In this document: piece after piece, positions 24,948-29,170 of the stretch | How positions within the stretch are numbered: position 1 is the stretch's first letter | How the letters are laid out: each line of letters opens with the position of its first letter | IMG/VR virus record: IMGVR_UViG_3300027805_000061 | Coordinates: 1-29,170 of that record | DNA from: a virus | DNA: 29,170 bases | Direction: 5' to 3' (one strand) | Notes under the pieces: model-generated | Told to the model about the DNA's origin: nothing | What the model saw: only the letters and a program-made list of their open reading frames with translations | Databases searched by the model: none | Position numbers and translations under genes: made by a program

Positions 24948-25193
24948 ATGAGTAATTACGACAACACGAATTCAGGAGCTTTATTTACGAATAAGAACCG
25001 AAAAGAAGAAAAGCATCCTAACTATACAGGGAAGCTAAATGTAGAAGGTAAAGAGTATCAGCTATCAGGATGGGTAAAAGATACTAAAACTGGAGATAAG
25101 ATGCTTTCTCTAAAGCTTTCAGAACCTTTTAAGAAGGAAGAGCTTCAGAATACTACTGAAAAGATTTTAAATAGTACTGGACTAGGATTCTAA
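24948..25193 (+). CDS. Hypothetical protein (81 aa)
   Basis: ORF. The pattern NSGALFTNKNRKEEKHPNYTGKLNVEGKEYQLSGW recurs in phage proteins of unknown function (recalled from memory only). Confidence 0.5.
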   Translation: MSNYDNTNSGALFTNKNRKEEKHPNYTGKLNVEGKEYQLSGWVKDTKTGDKMLSLKLSEPFKKEELQNTTEKILNSTGLGF

Positions 25194-25197
25194 GCTT

Positions 25198-25842
25198 ATG
25201 CAACTTACTGAGAATATAAGAATAACTAATGAGGATAATATGATTCTGATGTCTAGATATCCAGATAATTATTTTGATCTGGCCATTGTGGATCCTCCTT
25301 ATGGAATAGGAATAGACGGACAAAAGAAAAGCATAAACAAAAACCCTAAACACAACCGAAAAGAACACACGCATAAAGGGTGGGATAACTCAATACCAAA
25401 TCAAACCTACTTTGATGAAGTTAAAAGAGTAAGTAAAAACCAAATAATTTGGGGTGCTAACTATTTCACGGAATTTTTGAAACCTACAAAGGCATGGGTA
25501 TTTTGGTACAAAGGTCAAAACGATTTAACAATGAGTGATGGAGAAATGGCTTGGACTTCATTCGATACGGTTACACGACAAGTAGAAATAAATAGAGCGC
25601 ACTTAATTAGCCAGAATACATTTCACCCCACCGAAAAACCAACTAAACTATACAAGTGGCTTCTGGATAAATACGCAAAAGAAGGAGATAAGATACTAGA
25701 TACTCATTTAGGTAGTGGATCTATTGCTTTAGCTTGTCATGATTACAAATTTGATTTAACTGCCTGTGAACTGGATGAGGAATATTATGATAAAGCTATC
25801 CAAAGAATTAACAATCATATATCTCAGCAAAAATTATTCTAA
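25198..25842 (+). CDS. Orphan DNA methyltransferase (N6_N4 MTase family, DPPY type, probably N6-adenine)
   Basis: Motif IV is IVDPPYG. Also FHPTEKP, and motif I is DTHLGSGS (beta-class order). No restriction gene is nearby. Confidence 0.75.
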   Translation: MQLTENIRITNEDNMILMSRYPDNYFDLAIVDPPYGIGIDGQKKSINKNPKHNRKEHTHKGWDNSIPNQTYFDEVKRVSKNQIIWGANYFTEFLKPTKAWVFWYKGQNDLTMSDGEMAWTSFDTVTRQVEINRAHLISQNTFHPTEKPTKLYKWLLDKYAKEGDKILDTHLGSGSIALACHDYKFDLTACELDEEYYDKAIQRINNHISQQKLF

Positions 25843-26051
25843 TGTATATCAAAGATGATTTATTAAGAAAAGAGCTTAAAGTAATCCTACTTACAAAGAG
25901 TAGAAATCAGATAGTAACTGAGATAAAGAATTCAGGATATAAGATGCATCAGTATCATATAGATCGATTCCTAAATAAGAAACCTATTTCGATAGAAACT
26001 CTGAAGAAGTTAGATAACTATGTAAGTAAATTAGCTCCTAGTTCACGCTAG
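25842..26051 (+). CDS. Hypothetical protein (69 aa)
   Basis: ORF with TAATG coupling. Confidence 0.5.
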   Translation: MYIKDDLLRKELKVILLTKSRNQIVTEIKNSGYKMHQYHIDRFLNKKPISIETLKKLDNYVSKLAPSSR

Positions 26052-26062
26052 GAGTTTTTTTT
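26035..26062 (+). terminator. Strong intrinsic terminator ending the early/middle operon
   Basis: CTCCTAG-ttcacg-CTAGGAG, followed by a T8 run. Confidence 0.85.
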
Positions 26063-26093
26063 AACCTTAAAATAATTGATTAGAATTTAATCG

Positions 26094-26101
26094 TATATTT
26101 G
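26094..26101 (+). promoter_or_regulatory. Host-type promoter -7 box TATATTTG upstream of the sigma factor gene
   Basis: TAnnTTTG match, 16 nt upstream of GTG 26118. Confidence 0.5.
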
Positions 26102-26117
26102 ACGCAAATATAATCAT

Positions 26118-26651
26118 GTGAAAAACTGGGCAAATATTCTAGTAAAGCATCATAAAGAGTGGGTATCTATAGTAAGGAACTTTGGAGAGCATAATTACGC
26201 AGAAGATATAGTTCAGGAGATGTATGTACGGATTCACAACTCTAATGCAGGAGATAAAGTAATAATAAATGGAGAGCCTAATGTAGCTTACATTTGGAGG
26301 ATTCTAAAGAATACTTTCATAACCTACGAAAAGCAGAAATCCAAAGTACAAAAAGTAGATATAGATTCAGTACTTACTCTAAGCTCAGAAGAACTAGATG
26401 TAACCTATCATAAAGCCTTAAATACTATTCAGGAGAAGATAGAAGAAGAAGTAGATAGATGGCATACTTACGATAAGATACTATTTGAACTCCATGTTCA
26501 GGAAGGGCAAAGTATGAGAACTCTCGCAAAGGGAACTAACATTTCGCTGAAATCTATCTTTAATACTTTGAAGAATTGTAAAGGAAGAATAAAGAATGAA
26601 ATAGAAGAAGATTTTATTGATCTAAAGAATGAAGATTATGAACGAATATAA
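26118..26651 (+). CDS. Phage-encoded ECF-like sigma-70 family factor
   Basis: Region 2-like AEDIVQEMYVRIHN and a region 4-like HTH QSMRTLAKGTNISLKSIFNTLKNCKGRIKNEI. GTG start. Confidence 0.6.
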   Translation: MKNWANILVKHHKEWVSIVRNFGEHNYAEDIVQEMYVRIHNSNAGDKVIINGEPNVAYIWRILKNTFITYEKQKSKVQKVDIDSVLTLSSEELDVTYHKALNTIQEKIEEEVDRWHTYDKILFELHVQEGQSMRTLAKGTNISLKSIFNTLKNCKGRIKNEIEEDFIDLKNEDYERI

Positions 26652-26877
26652 GACTGCTATAATGGAGCTAGTTCTAGTAATCGGAAAGAAAGCTAAAAGA
26701 ATCAAAGAACTAGAAGAAGAGAACGAACGTCTACAAAGAGCTTATACTGATATGACTTATGATTTAGCAGAAGCTAGAAAGCAAGCTCAGGGATTAAGAA
26801 ATGATTTATTTGATTTAAGCAAAGAATATACACAATGGAAAAGCCAAAGAGAAAAAGAAGAACTAAAGCAGAGCTAG
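26629..26877 (+). CDS. Hypothetical coiled-coil protein (82 aa; the start may instead be 26638)
   Basis: ORF. Confidence 0.5.
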   Translation: MKIMNEYKTAIMELVLVIGKKAKRIKELEEENERLQRAYTDMTYDLAEARKQAQGLRNDLFDLSKEYTQWKSQREKEELKQS

Positions 26878-27272
26878 AAAAAGCGAATGCAGAGAAAGTT
26901 TATACTACTACTCCTTCAGAAGGACTAGGAGATACTATAGAGAAGATAACTGAAGCTACAGGAATAAAGAAGCTAGTTAAGTGGATGGTAGGAGAAGATT
27001 GTGGATGCGATGAAAGAAAGCAGAAACTGAATGAACTATTTCCGTATAAGAAAGTTAATTGTATGCTAGAAGAAGAGTATCTATTTTTCAAAGAATGGTA
27101 CGATAAAAATACGGATAGAATTAAGCCTTCAGAATCTATCGTATTATTAAAGATGTATAATAGAATCTTTAACCGAAAAGAAGAATCTACTACCTGTGCT
27201 TCATGCTGGAGAGAGTTTATTAAGAAGCTTACTAACGTCTATAATACATATAAAGAAGAAGAAAGTAAATAG
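26835..27272 (+). CDS. Hypothetical Cys-containing protein (145 aa)
   Basis: ORF with the motifs GLGDTIEKITEATGIKK...GEDCGCDERKQKLN and TTCASCW. Confidence 0.5.
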   Translation: MEKPKRKRRTKAELEKANAEKVYTTTPSEGLGDTIEKITEATGIKKLVKWMVGEDCGCDERKQKLNELFPYKKVNCMLEEEYLFFKEWYDKNTDRIKPSESIVLLKMYNRIFNRKEESTTCASCWREFIKKLTNVYNTYKEEESK

Positions 27273-27297
27273 AAGTTAAATCAGAAACAATAGAGAA

Positions 27298-27606
27298 ATG
27301 CCGTTCAAAAAAGGAGAAACTCCAAAAGGAGCTAAAGTATTTAAGAAAGGAGAGAGTGGAAATCCTGCAGGAAAGCCGAAAGGAACTAAGCATGGAAGTA
27401 CACTACTTAAGGAGCTATTAGCACTAGATAACAATGAGCTAAAGATGCACCTAGCACAAATATCTAAAGCTATAGAGAAAGAAGATACCAATGCATATAA
27501 AGCAGTACTAGATAGAGCTTTCGGGACTGCAATTCAGCATATAGAACAAACTAATATAGATACGAATCTTCCTGAATGGTTAGATAAGGATGAAAGCGAA
27601 TCCTAA
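27298..27606 (+). CDS. Putative small terminase subunit (DUF5681-like N-terminus)
   Basis: GESGNPAGKPKGTK motif. Lies immediately upstream of TerL and overlaps it. Confidence 0.45.
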   Translation: MPFKKGETPKGAKVFKKGESGNPAGKPKGTKHGSTLLKELLALDNNELKMHLAQISKAIEKEDTNAYKAVLDRAFGTAIQHIEQTNIDTNLPEWLDKDESES

Positions 27607-28729
27607 CTTTACTTACTTAAAAAAGAATGTACCTAAGAATAGGATAACTCTCCTTCAGGGAGGAACTAGATCAGGTAAAACTTATAGCACTATCTATTAT
27701 TTAATTTGGTTTTGTAAAGAGTATAAGAATGCAGGACTAGAGATAGATATAGTGAGAGATACTTTTACTGCTCTTAAAGCTACTGCATGGAAAGATTTCT
27801 ATGATGTACTAGTAAAGCATAATCTATATAACTCAAACCTACATAACAAAACAGACCATCAGTTTAATCTATTCGGAAATCTTATATCTTACTACGGAGC
27901 AGATAACCCTGATAAAATACACGGAAGAAGTAGAGATATCTTATGGATTAATGAAGCGAATCAATTTCCTGAAGAAACTATAGACCAACTTTTTCCTAGA
28001 ACAAGATATAGGATAATAGCTGATTTTAATCCTGCTATGCCTTCTGAACATTGGTTAGATAAATACATTGAAAAGAATCCTCCTCTCATAACTACCTATA
28101 GAGATAATCCTCATCTTACTACTGCTCAGATAGAAGATATAGAGAGTAAGAAGAATAACTCTTACTGGTGGAAAGTTTACGGAACTGGAGAGAGAGCACA
28201 ACCTACAGGAGCTATCTTTAGCAACTTCGAAATAGGAGAGTATAGAGATGGAGAGATAACAGGATTCGGTCAAGACTTCGGATTTAGTAATGATCCTAGT
28301 ACGTTAATTAAGGTAGGTATAAATAGAAAGCGAAAAGAAATCTATCTAAAGGAGTGCTTCTTTGAAGTAGGACTAAATACAGGGCATCTATATAACTATA
28401 ATAGGCAGTATGCAGATAAAGAACTTATAGTAGCTGATTCTGCAGAACCTCGCTTAATATCAGAGCTTAGGCAAAGAGGTTTAAATATCGTAGAAGCAGA
28501 GAAGGGAGCAGGTAGTGTAACTGCAGGTATCTCTCTGATGAATGAGTATAAGATAGTAATAGATAAGGATTCTAAGAACCTGATTAAGGAGTTTCAGAAC
28601 TATTCATGGATAGAGAAAACTAATAAGAGTATTCCTGAGGATAAATGGAATCATGGAATAGATGCATCACGTTATTTTATAACGAAAGCTCTAGGAAATC
28701 CGAATAGAGGAACTTATCATATAAGATAA
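27590..28729 (+). CDS. terL: Terminase large subunit (PBSX-type, 379 aa)
   Basis: Walker A GGTRSGKT, Walker B-like DILWINEA, and a C-terminal nuclease region ADSAEPRLISELRQRG...GIDASRY. Confidence 0.8.
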   Translation: MKANPNFTYLKKNVPKNRITLLQGGTRSGKTYSTIYYLIWFCKEYKNAGLEIDIVRDTFTALKATAWKDFYDVLVKHNLYNSNLHNKTDHQFNLFGNLISYYGADNPDKIHGRSRDILWINEANQFPEETIDQLFPRTRYRIIADFNPAMPSEHWLDKYIEKNPPLITTYRDNPHLTTAQIEDIESKKNNSYWWKVYGTGERAQPTGAIFSNFEIGEYRDGEITGFGQDFGFSNDPSTLIKVGINRKRKEIYLKECFFEVGLNTGHLYNYNRQYADKELIVADSAEPRLISELRQRGLNIVEAEKGAGSVTAGISLMNEYKIVIDKDSKNLIKEFQNYSWIEKTNKSIPEDKWNHGIDASRYFITKALGNPNRGTYHIR

Positions 28730-28756
28730 AAAAAGGGAATCCCGAAGAATCCCCTT
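28728..28756 (-). terminator. Minus-strand intrinsic terminator with a UUCG tetraloop
   Basis: On the minus strand, GGGGAUUC-UUCG-GGAUUCCC (two G.U pairs) is followed by U7. On the + strand the same helix has two A.C mismatches and no U tract. Confidence 0.55.
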
Positions 28757-28786
28757 AAAACCTAAAACTTATTATGAGAACATAAG
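28728..28786 (-). ncRNA. Predicted small RNA of about 59 nt, the only minus-strand transcription unit
   Basis: Minus-strand TATATTTG box (28800-28793), a 5' hairpin CUUAU-GUUCUCAUA-AUAAG, a U-rich linker and a terminator. Confidence 0.4.
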
Positions 28787-28792
28787 CAGTTA

Positions 28793-28800
28793 CAAATATA
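28793..28800 (-). promoter_or_regulatory. Minus-strand -7 box TATATTTG
   Basis: caaatata on the + strand. It is the same 8-mer as the four + strand promoters and is intergenic. Confidence 0.4.
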
Positions 28801-28841
28801 GTAAGGTAGTACATATTAATTAAAAAAAGTTATTAAATAGA

Positions 28842-29170
28842 ATGGAAGCGAAATTATATATCCCTACTGATTTATCAGAGATAACTCTAGAGCAGTATCA
28901 GTATCTAATGAAGATAAGTAATCCGAATGATGAAGAGGAGATATCAGCTAGAAAGATGATTTCCGTACTTTGTAAGATTCCTTTAACTGCAGTATTAAAG
29001 CTAGAAGTAAGTTCAGTATTAGATCTTACTAATAAGTTTACTAAGATGTTCGAGAATTACGATCAGCATCTTATTCATAGGTTTAAACTAGCAGGTACTG
29101 AATTCGGATTTATTCCTCATTTAGAATCTATGTCATGGGGAGAATATATGGATGCTGAAAAGTATATGTC
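28842..29170 (+). CDS. 5' part of the chaperone-like gene, which continues as 3-497 (zero frame) or 290-568 (-1 frame)
   Basis: ATG 28842 is the first ATG after the in-frame TAA at 28821-28823. The frame is continuous through the 127-bp overlap. Confidence 0.6.
   Translation, partial: MEAKLYIPTDLSEITLEQYQYLMKISNPNDEEEISARKMISVLCKIPLTAVLKLEVSSVLDLTNKFTKMFENYDQHLIHRFKLAGTEFGFIPHLESMSWGEYMDAEKYM
29044..29170. repeat. Right copy of the 127-bp end overlap
   Basis: Identical to 1-127. Confidence 0.95.

Noticed and set aside
780-28273. All ten minus-strand ORFs in the track: 780-1010, 5514-5699, 9798-10127, 10596-10790, 19675-19929, 21708-21950, 25153-25374, 26900-27091, 27276-27491 and 28055-28273.
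   Set aside because: Each lies entirely antisense within a longer, well-supported + strand gene. They have low-complexity Ser/Leu/Phe/Cys-rich translations, no promoter box and no coupling, so they look like shadow ORFs.
28735-28754. The hairpin after TerL as a + strand terminator for the packaging operon.
   Set aside because: On the + strand the helix has two A.C mismatches, is preceded rather than followed by the homopolymer run, and has no U tract. It fits far better as a minus-strand terminator.
1-29170. A lysogeny module, tRNA or rRNA genes, a CRISPR array, or an IS/transposon.
   Set aside because: I saw no integrase, recombinase or repressor-like ORF, no cloverleaf-capable GC-rich segment with a T-loop motif, no spaced direct-repeat array and no terminal inverted repeats. 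The only long repeat is the 127-bp closure overlap.
29044-29170. The 127-bp end repeat as a biological direct terminal repeat or a duplicated gene fragment.
   Set aside because: An exact overlap at the two contig ends, with an ORF reading through it, is best explained as an assembly closure artefact. The sequence alone cannot exclude a true DTR.

Overview
The window is a complete, circularly closed genome of a tailed dsDNA phage. Bases 1-127 are identical to 29044-29170, so the unique length is 29,043 bp. The sequence is AT-rich. All credible protein genes (about 65) lie on the + strand, tightly packed, with many ATGA/TAATG start-stop overlaps. I found no tRNA, rRNA, CRISPR array, integrase or repressor, so the phage looks virulent.

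The host is probably a member of Bacteroidota/Flavobacteriia. Four intergenic + strand sites carry the Bacteroidetes-type -7 promoter box TAnnTTTG (here always TATATTTG), leaders are A-rich, and there is no Shine-Dalgarno usage. I cannot verify identity without a database search.

Modules:
- Packaging and morphogenesis (26629-29043, then 1-14967): TerS-like, TerL, a chaperone-like gene with a T9 recoding site, neck and tail proteins, tape-measure-like protein, XkdF-like protease, scaffold-like protein, major capsid, tail-tube-like protein and portal, in a non-canonical order.
- Lysis (14931-16187): holin, M15 peptidase and a spanin-like protein, followed by a metallophosphoesterase.
- Early region of many small ORFs (17388-19376).
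- Replication and recombination (19493-24486): DUF1376-like organizer, DnaB-like helicase, NinG-like, Erf and a PD-(D/E)XK exonuclease.
- An orphan DPPY DNA methyltransferase.
- A phage ECF-like sigma factor (26118-26651).

Most interesting signals:
1. A predicted minus-strand small RNA at about 28728-28786, with its own TATATTTG promoter, a UUCG-tetraloop terminator, and a loop complementary to early-gene start codons.
2. A -1 recoding site at the T9 run (283-291).
3. Two near-identical promoter / small ORF / hairpin cassettes with unrelated cargo.
4. DnaA-box-like 9-mers fused to the early promoters, together with a phage protein made only of a DnaA domain IV.
5. A GC-rich intergenic element of interleaved inverted repeats (19375-19473).
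6. GGAAC-N16-GTT sites that may be promoters for the phage sigma factor.
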